Of a stretch of DNA of 64,000 nucleotides, positions 39,345 to 50,171 are shown piece by piece. Below the pieces are notes generated by a model that was not told where the DNA came from, did not search any database, and saw only the letters and a program-made list of their open reading frames with translations. A program made the position numbers and the translations under genes. Position 1 is the stretch's first letter; the number at the start of each line of letters is the position of its first letter. The stretch is from Halarcobacter sp. (lineage in GTDB: Bacteria > Campylobacterota > Campylobacteria > Campylobacterales > Arcobacteraceae). The DNA is taken from positions 2,464,001 to 2,528,000 of the forward strand of contig CP182352.1 in NCBI GenBank assembly GCA_048571215.1, read 5' to 3'.

Positions 39345-41057
39345 ATGATAGATGTGCAAAAAGAGATAGAAAAAAAGTTTCCAAAGGTAGCCAAAAATCC
39401 GAACTTTTTAAATCAATCTTTGATAAAACTTGCAAAAAAAGTAGTACACGAAAACTCTATAAATGATTTTTTAAATAAAAATTCTCACCTTAAAGGTTTT
39501 GAATTTGTTGATGCAGTACTTGATTATTTTAATTTTGATTACACTGTATCAAGTAATGACTTGCAAAATATACCAAGTTCTGGAAAAGTTGTAATAATAG
39601 CAAACCATCCACTAGGGGGACTTGATGCCTTATGTTTACTTAAACTTGTAAGTACAGTAAGAAGTGATGTTAGAATTGTAGCAAATGATTTTTTGGTTGG
39701 TATTGATGCCTTAAAATCATTATTTATACCAATAGACAATTATAAAATGAGACAATCAAAAAAAGATATAAAAGCTGTATATGAAGCCTTAAACAATGAA
39801 GAAGCAGTTATATTATTTCCAGCAGGGGAAGTTAGTCGCGCTAGTGCAAAAGGGGTTAAAGACCCAAACTGGAGCAAGGGTTTTTTAAATTTTGCTTTAA
39901 ATTCAAACTCTCCAATACTACCTATATTTATTGGGGGCAAGAACTCAAGAACTTTTTATACAATCTCAGTTTTAAATAAAACCTTTTCAACTCTTTTATT
40001 ATCCCATGAGATGTTTAAGAAAAAATCATCAAATATAAATATAAAAATAGGTGAGATAATCCCAAATGAAAATATCCTTCCAAGGGGTATTGATAAAAAA
40101 TATTTAGTTAATCTATATAGAAAACACCTATACTCTTTGAAAAAAGGAAAAAAATCTTTTTTTGTTACGCAAAAAGCTATTGCTCACCCACAAAAAAAAG
40201 AGGATATTATAAAAGAGTTAAAAAAATCACAACTTATTGGAGAGACAACAGATGGTAAAAAAATATATCTTTATGATTATGTAGAAGACTCAGTTGTTTT
40301 AAAAGAGCTTGGAAGATTAAGGGAGCTAAGTTTTAGAAAAGTTGGTGAAGGTATAAATAAAAAAAGAGATACTGATAAGTATGATATCTACTATCAACAT
40401 ATAATTTTATGGGATGAAAATGATTTAGAGATTGTAGGTTCTTATAGGATAGGAAATGGGGATTATATAAATAAAAATATCGGAATAAAAGGTTTTTATT
40501 CCAATACTTTATTTAAATATTACGATGAATTTAATCCTTATTTAAAAAACTCAATTGAGCTTGGAAGAAGTTTTGTACAACCAAAATACTGGGGAACTAG
40601 AGCTTTAGATTATCTTTGGTATGGTATTGGTGCTTACTTAAAGAATCATCCAGAGATAAAATATATGTTTGGTCCTGTTTCTATCTCTGCTTCATTTCCT
40701 ATTGTGGCAAAAGATATGATGATATATTATTATACACACTATTTTTCAAGCAATAAAAAAATGATAGAATCAAAAATTCCATACCAATACTCATCAAATG
40801 TGCAAGAGATAATAAATCTCTTTACCCTAGATGATAAGAAAAAAGATTTTAAAATCTTAAAATCAAGTTTAAATGGTATGGGAGTTACTGTGCCAACGCT
40901 ATTTAAACAATACTCTGATATTTGTGAAGAGGGTGGTGTTAAATTTTTAAGCTTCAATGTAGACCCAGATTTTTCAGACTGTGTAGATGGATTTATCTTA
41001 GTTGAAGTTGAAAAAATAAAAAGTAGTGCTAGAAAAAGATATATAGATAAAGAATAA
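39345..41057 (+). CDS. Bifunctional PlsC-type acyltransferase plus GNAT N-acyltransferase (OlsF-like ornithine-lipid synthase)
   Basis: N-terminal NHPLGGLD and FPAGEVS; C-terminal ELGRLRELSFR, DTDKYD, IELGRSFV, LWYGIG, FNVDPDF. Confidence 0.8.
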   Translation: MIDVQKEIEKKFPKVAKNPNFLNQSLIKLAKKVVHENSINDFLNKNSHLKGFEFVDAVLDYFNFDYTVSSNDLQNIPSSGKVVIIANHPLGGLDALCLLKLVSTVRSDVRIVANDFLVGIDALKSLFIPIDNYKMRQSKKDIKAVYEALNNEEAVILFPAGEVSRASAKGVKDPNWSKGFLNFALNSNSPILPIFIGGKNSRTFYTISVLNKTFSTLLLSHEMFKKKSSNINIKIGEIIPNENILPRGIDKKYLVNLYRKHLYSLKKGKKSFFVTQKAIAHPQKKEDIIKELKKSQLIGETTDGKKIYLYDYVEDSVVLKELGRLRELSFRKVGEGINKKRDTDKYDIYYQHIILWDENDLEIVGSYRIGNGDYINKNIGIKGFYSNTLFKYYDEFNPYLKNSIELGRSFVQPKYWGTRALDYLWYGIGAYLKNHPEIKYMFGPVSISASFPIVAKDMMIYYYTHYFSSNKKMIESKIPYQYSSNVQEIINLFTLDDKKKDFKILKSSLNGMGVTVPTLFKQYSDICEEGGVKFLSFNVDPDFSDCVDGFILVEVEKIKSSARKRYIDKE

Positions 41058-41062
41058 TTTAT

Positions 41063-41090
41063 GTAAAGTAAAGAAAAATCTTTACTTTAC
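41063..41090. terminator. Hairpin between convergent genes (possible bidirectional terminator)
   Basis: Perfect 12-bp IR gtaaagtaaaga-aaaa-tctttactttac. Confidence 0.6.
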
Positions 41091-42301
41091 TACTCATACC
41101 TTAAAGCATCAATTGGGTTTAATCTTGCAGCTTTTCTAGCAGGAAAATATCCAAAGATTATCCCAATCAAGGTTGAAAATACAAAAGATATTATTATAAT
41201 TTGAGTATTAATTATAAAAGCTAGTTCCATGAAATGCACGGCTGTATAGCCTATTAACAATCCAAATACAATTCCTACTAATCCACCAAGTGTTGATAAT
41301 ACAATTGATTCAACTAAAAACTGTAATAACACTTCACTCTCCATTGCTCCAATTGCTAATCTAATCCCTATTTCTCTGGTTCTTTCTGTAACAGATACAA
41401 GCATAATATTCATAATACCAATTCCACCAACAAGCAATGAGATAGCTGCTATTGAACCTAAAAGATAAGTTAACATCTTAGTTGTTGAAGTCATTGTAGA
41501 TAATAAATCCTCCATATCTCTAATATAAAAATTATTATCCTCTCCTGGTTTTATTCCTCTTCTTTCTTGCATCAAAAGAGTTATATCTGTTTTTGCTTTT
41601 TCTATATTTTTACTCTTATTTATTGAAATCAAAATAGAATCAATATCTGTATCACCTTGGATTTTTCTTTGAAACATTTTAAGTGGAGTGATAATAATCT
41701 CATCTTGATCTCTACCAAAGGCTGCTGCTCCTTTTGATTCTAAAACACCAATAACTGTACAAGCAAAATTTTGAAGTCTTATTTTAGAACCAATGGGATC
41801 TTGTCCATCAAATAGCTGTTTTACAATAGTAGTTCCTAAAATACAAGAACTTTTACCAAAACTTTGTTCACTTTCATCAAACTCTCTACCACTTTTTAAA
41901 GGCCAATCTTTTATTATAAAATAATCATTACTAGTACCTATAATACTTGTAAAATAACTTTTATTTGAATAAATAGCATTTATACTACTAGCACTTTCTG
42001 CTGCCACTGCTTTTACATTTTGAATTTCACTTTTTATTGCATCTATATCTTCTTGTTTAAAAGCTCTAGCACTATTATCACTTCTTACTTTTCCTCTTCT
42101 TTCTTGACCAACTCTTAAAATTAACATATTTGTTCCAAGCTTTGAAATATCAGCTCTTACTTTTGCAGTTGTTCCATCTCCTATCATCACCATACCAATA
42201 ACCGAAGCAACACCAATAACTATTCCAAGGATTGTCAAAAATGATCTTAATAAATTTCTTCTTATCTCTTTTATCGCTATTAAAAAGGCATTTAACAACA
42301 T
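41090..42301 (-). CDS. MacB/FtsX-type ABC transporter permease
   Basis: RSFLTILGIVIGVASV; GGIGIMNIMLVSVTERTREIGIRLAIGA; PARKAARLNPIDALRYE. Confidence 0.93.
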   Translation of the reverse strand: MLLNAFLIAIKEIRRNLLRSFLTILGIVIGVASVIGMVMIGDGTTAKVRADISKLGTNMLILRVGQERRGKVRSDNSARAFKQEDIDAIKSEIQNVKAVAAESASSINAIYSNKSYFTSIIGTSNDYFIIKDWPLKSGREFDESEQSFGKSSCILGTTIVKQLFDGQDPIGSKIRLQNFACTVIGVLESKGAAAFGRDQDEIIITPLKMFQRKIQGDTDIDSILISINKSKNIEKAKTDITLLMQERRGIKPGEDNNFYIRDMEDLLSTMTSTTKMLTYLLGSIAAISLLVGGIGIMNIMLVSVTERTREIGIRLAIGAMESEVLLQFLVESIVLSTLGGLVGIVFGLLIGYTAVHFMELAFIINTQIIIISFVFSTLIGIIFGYFPARKAARLNPIDALRYE

Positions 42302-43005
42302 TATTTGTATCCTTTTTTCAAACTATTTTCAATATGTCCATCTCTAAAATATATAATTCTACTAGCATATTTTGCCATTTCATCTTCGTGGGTTACCATA
42401 ATAATAGTAATACCTAACTCTTCATTTAACTTTTTTAGCAACTTCATAATCTCTATACTTTTTATACTGTCAAGGTTTCCGGTTGGTTCATCTGCAAGTA
42501 AAACTAAAGGATTTGTAACAATTGCCCTAGCTATTGCAACTCTTTGTTGTTGTCCTCCTGAAAGTTCAGCTGGTGTATTATAAATAACACTTTCTAAACC
42601 AACTTTTTTCAAAGCTTCAAAGGCTAAAAGTTTTCTTTGTTTTGAGGGAACTTTTCTATAAACTAAAGGCAACTCAACATTTTCTAAAGCACTTGTTCTT
42701 CCAAGTAAATTAAAGCCTTGAAAAACAAATCCCAAATAGTTCCTTCTTATCAAGGCCATTTGGTTTCTATTTAATTGTTCTACATTTACTCCATTAAACA
42801 AATACTCTCCACTACTTGCAGAATCCAAACATCCAATAAGATTCATAGATGTTGATTTCCCACTACCACTTGCACCCATTATAGCTACAAACTCAGCCTC
42901 TTTTATCGATAAATTAACTTTATTTAGAGCATATGTTTTAGCTTCACCTTTACCATAGGTTTTAACTATATTTTTAAACTCTATAATTGTTTTTGATTCA
43001 TCCAT
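42301..43005 (-). CDS. ABC transporter ATP-binding subunit (MacB/LolD type)
   Basis: GASGSGKS, LSGGQQQRVAIARA, LADEPTGNLD, VTH. Confidence 0.95.
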   Translation of the reverse strand: MDESKTIIEFKNIVKTYGKGEAKTYALNKVNLSIKEAEFVAIMGASGSGKSTSMNLIGCLDSASSGEYLFNGVNVEQLNRNQMALIRRNYLGFVFQGFNLLGRTSALENVELPLVYRKVPSKQRKLLAFEALKKVGLESVIYNTPAELSGGQQQRVAIARAIVTNPLVLLADEPTGNLDSIKSIEIMKLLKKLNEELGITIIMVTHEDEMAKYASRIIYFRDGHIENSLKKGYK

Positions 43006-44252
43006 TAGATACTCTTTTGTGAAACTACAATCTCATCACCAACTTTTAAATTTTTTGATTCTACACTAGAGTATTTCCCATCTGTATCTAAAACCTTAAC
43101 ATCAATTTTTTTTAATTGTTTATTTTCTAATAAATATATAGTTCTTATATTTTCACTTTCTAAACTCTTTGATTTTTTTTCTGCCATATCTCTTTTTGGA
43201 GGTCCTACAAAGTTTACCTTTCCATTTGATTTATTAGTTGGCTTAAATCTTAAAGCACTATTGGGAACTAAAAGTTTATCTTTTATATTTTTTGTAATAA
43301 TTTTAGCAGACGCAGTCATCCCTGGTCTTAGGTGTAAATCTTTATTATTTACTAAAGCAACAGTTTCATAAGTTACTACACCACTTTGTTCAATGGGGTT
43401 ATATCTTACTTGTTTTATTTTTCCTCTAAAGATTTGTGTTGGATAAGCATCAACTGTAAAGCTTACATCTAAACCTTTTTTTATATCTGCAACATCTGCT
43501 TCATCAATACTTATTACTAAATCCATTTTAGATAAATCTTTCGCAAGAGTAAATAACACAGGAGTAGACATAGAAGCTGCAACTGTTTGTCCAACCTCAA
43601 CAGCTCTATTTAAAACTATCCCTTTTATGGAAGATTTAACAACTGCTTTATCAAGATTTTCCTCATCTGTTTTTAGGTTGTATTCTGATTGTTTAACTTG
43701 GGCTTTTGAAGCTTCATAAGAAGCTTTAGCACTCTCATATGAAAACCTAGAATCATCTACATCATTTTGAGAAGGATATTTTCTATTAGATTGTTTAAAC
43801 ATTTTCAATGTTCTTTCATAGTTTAGTTTTTTACTTTTTAGATTTACTTCATTCTCTTTCATATTTGCTTTTGTAACTGCTAAGGATGCTTTTGAACTAT
43901 CAACTTTTGCTTTTAATTTTGTAGTATCAAGTTTAGCTAATACTTGTCCTACTTCAACCTTATCATTAAAATCTACAAGTATCTCTTTTATAGTACCTGA
44001 AACCTCAATACCAATATCAACACTATTTGTAGGATTTAGATTTCCTGTAGCCAATACAGTTACTTGTAAATCACCTTTTTTTATTTTTTGTGTATTGTAT
44101 GAAATCTCTTGATTAGCATTTTTGTTTTTTAGAATAAAAAAGTAATAAGAACTTGCAAAAATTACCATCAAAGCAAGAATAATCCAAATATATTTTTTCT
44201 TTGAACTTGATTTTTTATATGAGTTTAATTGATCTTGTAAATTTGTATCCAT
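43005..44252 (-). CDS. MacA-type periplasmic adaptor (membrane fusion protein)
   Basis: N-terminal TM, EVSGTIKEILVDFNDKV, GQTVAASM, LRPGMTA. Confidence 0.92.
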   Translation of the reverse strand: MDTNLQDQLNSYKKSSSKKKYIWIILALMVIFASSYYFFILKNKNANQEISYNTQKIKKGDLQVTVLATGNLNPTNSVDIGIEVSGTIKEILVDFNDKVEVGQVLAKLDTTKLKAKVDSSKASLAVTKANMKENEVNLKSKKLNYERTLKMFKQSNRKYPSQNDVDDSRFSYESAKASYEASKAQVKQSEYNLKTDEENLDKAVVKSSIKGIVLNRAVEVGQTVAASMSTPVLFTLAKDLSKMDLVISIDEADVADIKKGLDVSFTVDAYPTQIFRGKIKQVRYNPIEQSGVVTYETVALVNNKDLHLRPGMTASAKIITKNIKDKLLVPNSALRFKPTNKSNGKVNFVGPPKRDMAEKKSKSLESENIRTIYLLENKQLKKIDVKVLDTDGKYSSVESKNLKVGDEIVVSQKSI

Positions 44253-45446
44253 TTAATTATTTACCTTTGTATTAAAATATAATTTCGCATATTCCAACTG
44301 AATATTTATATCATTTATTGATAAATCATATTGATTTATTTTTTTTGTATTTTTAAGTATCTCTAAATCATAACCTGAAGACATCCCTGCACTATTTGAA
44401 GCTTCATTCACTTGTATTAAGTCATCATATAATTTTATATTTTCATTTATGATTTTATTATAGTTTTCATAAGTGTCAATTCTTGTAATTGCTTCCTCAT
44501 ACTTATTTGATACTTGTGTTTTTATATCACTTAAATTTAGTTTTTGTTTTAAAACTTCAAGTTTTGATTTTTCCAAATTTGATTTTTTATTGATATCATA
44601 AATTGGTACAGATAAGTTTAAAGATATAGAACCATTACTATTATCACTTTGGATATTATTAACTAGATTATCATTATTTGAATAAGCTAGATTTGTACTT
44701 AGATTTACTTTTGGAAGATAATCTGTTTTATCTTTTTTATAATTTATGTTAGCTAAATCCACTAAAGATTTTTCATATAATAAATTTATATTTTTTTTCA
44801 AATAATCATCTTTTTTAATCTTTTCAAAATCTATTAGATTTATTTGTTCATATTTTAAGTTAGTATATTTTTCAAGATTTAGTTTTGCCTCTTTTATGGA
44901 GTTTTTTAAATCTACATTTGTTTTATATTGAATATTTTTTGCCATAATAGCATCATTTAATTCTGTTATGTCACTTTTTCCATTTTCATATTGAATTTTC
45001 TTTAAAACCAATTCAATATTTTTATTTTTTAATTGATATTCATTTTGTTCAAGTTGAATATTTAATTTTTTTATTTGTAATAAGGTTTCATAAATTTTTT
45101 CTAAAAGAGTTGAATTATCATTCTCCCAAGATAATAAATCTGATTTATATTTTTCATTGGCATATTCAATTGTAAATTCTATTCCACCTGATTCGTAAAT
45201 ACTTTGTGTAAAACCTATAGAAACACTTTTTGAAAACTGATCATTTTTATCACTAAAAGAGTGAGTTCTACTTAGCCCTGAGTTTAAATTTAATGGTGAA
45301 ATCCAACTATTTTTTAAACTTTTATAATCTTCTTGTATAATCTTTTTTTCAACCTCTCTTAACTCTTTTTTATCTTTGTTTAATAGATTTAAATCATTGG
45401 CAAATATGAGGGAACATAAAAAGGGTAATATAATTAATTTTTTCAA
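44253..45446 (-). CDS. TolC-family outer-membrane efflux protein
   Basis: Signal peptide, OEP-like repeats (YLPKVNLS, LSVPIYD); first gene of the MFP/ABC operon. Confidence 0.8.
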   Translation of the reverse strand: MKKLIILPFLCSLIFANDLNLLNKDKKELREVEKKIIQEDYKSLKNSWISPLNLNSGLSRTHSFSDKNDQFSKSVSIGFTQSIYESGGIEFTIEYANEKYKSDLLSWENDNSTLLEKIYETLLQIKKLNIQLEQNEYQLKNKNIELVLKKIQYENGKSDITELNDAIMAKNIQYKTNVDLKNSIKEAKLNLEKYTNLKYEQINLIDFEKIKKDDYLKKNINLLYEKSLVDLANINYKKDKTDYLPKVNLSTNLAYSNNDNLVNNIQSDNSNGSISLNLSVPIYDINKKSNLEKSKLEVLKQKLNLSDIKTQVSNKYEEAITRIDTYENYNKIINENIKLYDDLIQVNEASNSAGMSSGYDLEILKNTKKINQYDLSINDINIQLEYAKLYFNTKVNN

Positions 45447-45597
45447 TACTACTTCTCCTTGACTAGTAATAATTCTACTTTGAAATTATAATAGAGTATT
45501 GTAAATAGTTTTTAAACATAAACTTAATAGTTGTTTAATAAAAGATTTTGATAATTGTTATTATAGAGTTTTTTATAAAAGAGTATAAACTACCCTT

Positions 45598-45975
45598 TTA
45601 TCTACAAATAGATATAAGTTCTAAAAGTGTATCTTGGATCTCTTGTGCAAGCTCTAACATATCAGGATTTATATCATCAACAAGTTGAGTTAATGAGTTT
45701 ATTGAAATATTTGTTTTCCCCTCTTGTGTATAAACTGCAATTTTACATGGTAAAATAACTGCTAATTTCATATCTTCGTCTAAAAGAGTTTTTGCATAAT
45801 TTGGATTGCATACTTCCAATACTCTACACTCATTTTTAAACTCTAAACCTTTTGATTTAAGAATATTTGATATCTCATGAATATGCAAAATGCCAAACTT
45901 ATATTCACTAATCTTTTCTTGAATTGCATCTACTACCTCATCAACACTTTTTTTACTCTCAACTATATATTGCAT
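45598..45975 (-). CDS. DUF302 domain protein
   Basis: FGILH, LEVCNP, LPCKIAVY. Confidence 0.88.
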   Translation of the reverse strand: MQYIVESKKSVDEVVDAIQEKISEYKFGILHIHEISNILKSKGLEFKNECRVLEVCNPNYAKTLLDEDMKLAVILPCKIAVYTQEGKTNISINSLTQLVDDINPDMLELAQEIQDTLLELISICR

Positions 45976-47621
45976 TAACTTTCCCTTTTTATAATTGTAT
46001 CTTCTATAAAGTCTATCTTACACTCTTTTGTTTCATTTACTAAGGCTTTTGCTATAATATCATCCTCTACAATAATATGCTCTAAATGTAAGTTTTCCAA
46101 CTCCTCTTTTTCACTAAATCTAGTAACCTTTACAATAGTTTTTGTATTGTGTGTCAAGTCATCAATAACCTCACAAATAAGATGTAGTTTTTCTGGGTTG
46201 TCAATAGCTACAATTACAGCACAAGCATTTTTTATATTTACAGCTTCAAGTATATGTTTACTTGCTGCATTTCCAAAAACTATTGGTTCCTTATCAGACA
46301 TTCCCATCTCAAAAAACAATTGATTATGTTCAACTATTACATACTCATGTCCATCTTCTCTTAAGTTTTTAGTGATTTGTTGTCCTAAATGTCCATATCC
46401 AAGTACTACTATATGACCTTTTGTATCTTTGTCTACTAAATGGGTATTGCAAACTATTAACATATCTTCTGGTACTAAAGAAGCTGCCAAAGAGGATAAG
46501 TTTTTTAAAATAATTGGTGTAAGAATCATTGAAATTACAATTGTTACTATCAAAATCTGCGTATATGTTGAACTTAATAAATTGCCACTTCTAGCTAGTT
46601 CTAAAATTGCTAAAGAGAACTCTCCAATTTGAACTAAAGATAAGGCTGTTTTAAAAGCAACTCTTTTTGTATCATCAAGTTTTACTAGTGTATATATAAT
46701 AAAATATTTTAAAACTAATAAAATAGGTAGAAGTAATAAAATTATTAAAATATAATCAGCAATAATCTTAAAACTAATTTGCATACCAACAGTGATAAAG
46801 AAAACCCCAAGTAAAAGATTTCTAAAAGGAGTAAGGTCAGCCTCAACTTGATGTTTAAATTTAGTTTCACTAATCATCATACCAGCTACAAAAGCCCCTA
46901 AAGAGTATGTAAAACCAAAATAATGTGCTAAATAAGATGCTCCAATTGCTACAAGTAAAACAGAAGCAACAAAAAGTTCTTCTGATTTTGATTTTGTAAC
47001 ATGTTCGAAAAATGGCTGAAGCAGATATTTTCCGGAAAAATAAAGAAGTGCTAAAAGTGCAATTGCAGCCAAGGTTGTTTTTAATACAAGAAAAAATATA
47101 CTACCATTTTCATGGGAAGAAAATAAAGATATCATAAGCAAGATTGGAATAACTGCAATATCCTGCATAATCAAAATACCAAGTACCCTTTGCCCATGTC
47201 TTTTTTTGATATCATTATTTTCATTATATGTTTTTAAAACAATTGCAGTTGATGATAAGGATAAGGCAGCACCTATTACAAGTGAAGTTTTTAAATCAAA
47301 GCCTAAAACAAACATACAAATTAGAAAAACAAATAAAGTGGTTACAACAATTTGTAAGGTACCTGTAAAAAACACCTCTTTTTTCATTTTTTTTAAATGT
47401 TCAATTGAGAACTCTAAACCTATTGTAAACATAAGAAATACTACACCAAACTCAGCTATCTCTTTTAAATCATGATTATTTACAGCATTATGTAAATCAA
47501 AAGCATAGGCAATAATAGTTCCTGTAACTATATAACCAATAATTGTAGGTAAATGAAACCTTTTTAATATAAGATTAACTACTATTGATATTAGTAGTGT
47601 CCAAACGATTATTCCTAACAT
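45975..47621 (-). CDS. CPA2 cation:proton antiporter / KefB-KefC-type potassium efflux protein with TrkA-N domain
   Basis: AEFGVVFLMFTIGLE, LSSTAIV, QDI, QIGEFS, GYGHLG. Confidence 0.9.
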   Translation of the reverse strand: MLGIIVWTLLISIVVNLILKRFHLPTIIGYIVTGTIIAYAFDLHNAVNNHDLKEIAEFGVVFLMFTIGLEFSIEHLKKMKKEVFFTGTLQIVVTTLFVFLICMFVLGFDLKTSLVIGAALSLSSTAIVLKTYNENNDIKKRHGQRVLGILIMQDIAVIPILLMISLFSSHENGSIFFLVLKTTLAAIALLALLYFSGKYLLQPFFEHVTKSKSEELFVASVLLVAIGASYLAHYFGFTYSLGAFVAGMMISETKFKHQVEADLTPFRNLLLGVFFITVGMQISFKIIADYILIILLLLPILLVLKYFIIYTLVKLDDTKRVAFKTALSLVQIGEFSLAILELARSGNLLSSTYTQILIVTIVISMILTPIILKNLSSLAASLVPEDMLIVCNTHLVDKDTKGHIVVLGYGHLGQQITKNLREDGHEYVIVEHNQLFFEMGMSDKEPIVFGNAASKHILEAVNIKNACAVIVAIDNPEKLHLICEVIDDLTHNTKTIVKVTRFSEKEELENLHLEHIIVEDDIIAKALVNETKECKIDFIEDTIIKRES

Positions 47622-47632
47622 ATTTTTCCTAA

Positions 47633-49747
47633 TTAAATGTAATGCATCTGCTTGTAACCCTCAAGCCTTTTTTTATAAGTTGAGTTTAACATAGCATTTT
47701 TAAAATCTAAAAAATCAATAGCTAAACACTCTTGATTTCCTCTACCAATTCGTCCTAAATATTGAACCAACCTTCCATAATATGAAATTGGTGTTGCAAA
47801 AACTATTGTGTTTAAATGTGGAAAATCAATACCCTCTCCAAAATATGAACTTGTAGCTAAAATAAGATTTTTACTCTCAACAAGTGACATCTTTTCATTT
47901 TGTTCCTTCTTACTTAGACTTCCATGAATTGATACAAAACTAATATTCTTCTCTAAGAGTTTCTTTTCTAAAATATTTATATGTTCTATTCTATCAGTTA
48001 AAACTAAAATTTTTCTATCATTATACTCTATAAGTTGTTTTATTATTAAATTGTTTCTATCTTCATCTAAACAAACTTCATTTATTAGTGTAGAATAGTT
48101 ATCACTAGTGCTTGTAAAATCTGTTTTTACAACTTTTAATTTATTATTAAAGGTTCTTTTCTTTTTATGTTCATATACAACTTTTCCTAATTGTTGAAAT
48201 AAAATTGGTTCTAAACCATCTTTTCTATTTGGAGTTGCACTAAGTCCTAAAATATATTTTCCAAAAAACTGTTTAACTATTTGTTCAAAGGTTATTGCTG
48301 GGATATGATGGCACTCATCAACTATTACAAAAGAGTAGTCATTTATAACATCAGGTGAGTTTTTAAGACTTTGCATAGTTGCTACATCAATATTTCCATT
48401 TAAACTATTTTTACCTTTTCCTAAAAAACCTATATCTTTTTTGTTATATCCAAAATAGTCTACAAATCTTTGTCTCCACTGATCTAATAACATATTTTTA
48501 TTTACTATTATAAGTGTAGTACAAGCCCTTTGTTCAAACATCTTAGCACCTATTAAAGTTTTACCAAAACCAGGTGGGGCAACACATATTCCAAAATTGC
48601 TTTTTGTTATATTTGATATGGCAATTTTTTGTTCATCTCTTAAATCATATTTAACTTTTTTTGTCTCAATTTTTTGGTAATATGTTTTGTCATCTATTAA
48701 ATAATCTATCCTATTGTCATGAAAAAAACTTTTTAAAGTAAATATTAAACCCCTTGGAAGTTTTAGATATTTTTCATCCTCTTCAAAATTTTTTATCTGT
48801 CGTGGAGTATTATAAAGGGGTTTTCTAAGATTTAATAAAATCTTAATTTGTGGATTATCAAAGGTAGCAAAACCTTTAAGTTTATTTATAAATGATTTTG
48901 AAAGATTAAGAGTTGGAATATACAAATAATCATAAAGTTTTATATCCAATTTAAACATAGGGAATTCAATATCTTCAAAGGCTAAATTACTTGATACATT
49001 TTGAAAATCAAGATATTTATTTACAATACTTGTTGAAATAAAACTAATATTTTGTAAAACACTCCATTGATCTTCAATCACATTTGAGGACTCAATATCA
49101 AAAAACACTGTTTTTTGATACTCCCTAAACTTTAGATGAAGTGGTAACTCAATTGGCTCCTCAAAAGAAGCATTGGTACAAAAATCTCTATTTGGAAAAA
49201 GTTTTCCACTAGCGTTTGATTTTTTTAGTATATATTGAGCAAATTTTCGTGCATCTTTTGTTTCAATTTTTGTTTCAAAAAAAAGCCAAATAAGTATTGA
49301 ACCATAAGAACTGTACTCATATAAGGCCTCTATTCCTAAAGTTTTCAAAGTTATATAGATTTTTTTTAAGTTATCATTTGAAACCTCTAAAACCAAAAAC
49401 TTTGATTTGTTATCTTTATCTATTAAATAAGTAGCTAATTGAACATTTCCTCTTAAGTGTTCTTCTATATCCACATTTGTTATAGGGATATAGTCATTTC
49501 CTTTAAAGGTTTGAGTTACTGCAAAAAAGTTTTGTTTTTTTCCATCTTTACTTATCCATTTTTTAGCAAACCTATCAAGTCTAGCTAAAAATAAAGATTT
49601 AAATAATTCTATTTTTTCTTGTTTTGTTAGTTTTTTATTTTTTAAAGAGTGAGTTTGAAGTTGAGATTCCAAGTTTGAAATCTCAACTTCAATAGCTCTT
49701 TTTTGAGAGTAAAGTTCTTCTAATCTTGCATTGATTTTATTTTTCAT
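47633..49747 (-). CDS. SF2 DEAD/DEAH helicase (XPB/ResIII-like) with N-terminal primase-like domain
   Basis: APPGFGKT, DECHH, LSATP, GEGID, QYLGRIGR; N-terminus resembles the TOTE-type AEP domain (EHLRG, LFPN, IELPL). Confidence 0.82.
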   Translation of the reverse strand: MKNKINARLEELYSQKRAIEVEISNLESQLQTHSLKNKKLTKQEKIELFKSLFLARLDRFAKKWISKDGKKQNFFAVTQTFKGNDYIPITNVDIEEHLRGNVQLATYLIDKDNKSKFLVLEVSNDNLKKIYITLKTLGIEALYEYSSYGSILIWLFFETKIETKDARKFAQYILKKSNASGKLFPNRDFCTNASFEEPIELPLHLKFREYQKTVFFDIESSNVIEDQWSVLQNISFISTSIVNKYLDFQNVSSNLAFEDIEFPMFKLDIKLYDYLYIPTLNLSKSFINKLKGFATFDNPQIKILLNLRKPLYNTPRQIKNFEEDEKYLKLPRGLIFTLKSFFHDNRIDYLIDDKTYYQKIETKKVKYDLRDEQKIAISNITKSNFGICVAPPGFGKTLIGAKMFEQRACTTLIIVNKNMLLDQWRQRFVDYFGYNKKDIGFLGKGKNSLNGNIDVATMQSLKNSPDVINDYSFVIVDECHHIPAITFEQIVKQFFGKYILGLSATPNRKDGLEPILFQQLGKVVYEHKKKRTFNNKLKVVKTDFTSTSDNYSTLINEVCLDEDRNNLIIKQLIEYNDRKILVLTDRIEHINILEKKLLEKNISFVSIHGSLSKKEQNEKMSLVESKNLILATSSYFGEGIDFPHLNTIVFATPISYYGRLVQYLGRIGRGNQECLAIDFLDFKNAMLNSTYKKRLEGYKQMHYI

Positions 49748-50171
49748 GTTCTATTTGAGGAGATGAAGTTATAATATTATTGATTTTTTGTTCAATTTCA
49801 TCATATCTACTTTTTAACTTAGAGCCTTTTCTAACTCCTTGTCCCTCAAACTTACCATCTTCTTCAATAATAAGTTCATTGTATTGCATTTTTCCAATCA
49901 CTTTTCCAGTAGATAAGATTTGAACTTCATTGCAGTCAATTTTACCATCTAATAAGCCACTAACTATAAGATTATTGGCTTTTATATCCCCAATAACTTC
50001 ACCTGTCATACCTATAGATATAACATCTGCTTCTAAGATAACACCTTCGAATTTCCCATCAATATGAACTGTACCCTCAGTAGAAATACCACCTATTATA
50101 CAAGTTCCTTTTGCTATTACTGTAGCACCATTCTGGATTGATCTCTTATTAGATTTACCAAAGATTCCCAT
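49737..50171 (-). CDS. ccmA: Bactofilin (CcmA-type cell-shape protein)
   Basis: TVIAKGT.I.G, IDGKFEG beta-helix repeats; directly downstream of the M23 gene. Confidence 0.88.
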   Translation of the reverse strand: MGIFGKSNKRSIQNGATVIAKGTCIIGGISTEGTVHIDGKFEGVILEADVISIGMTGEVIGDIKANNLIVSGLLDGKIDCNEVQILSTGKVIGKMQYNELIIEEDGKFEGQGVRKGSKLKSRYDEIEQKINNIITSSPQIEHEK

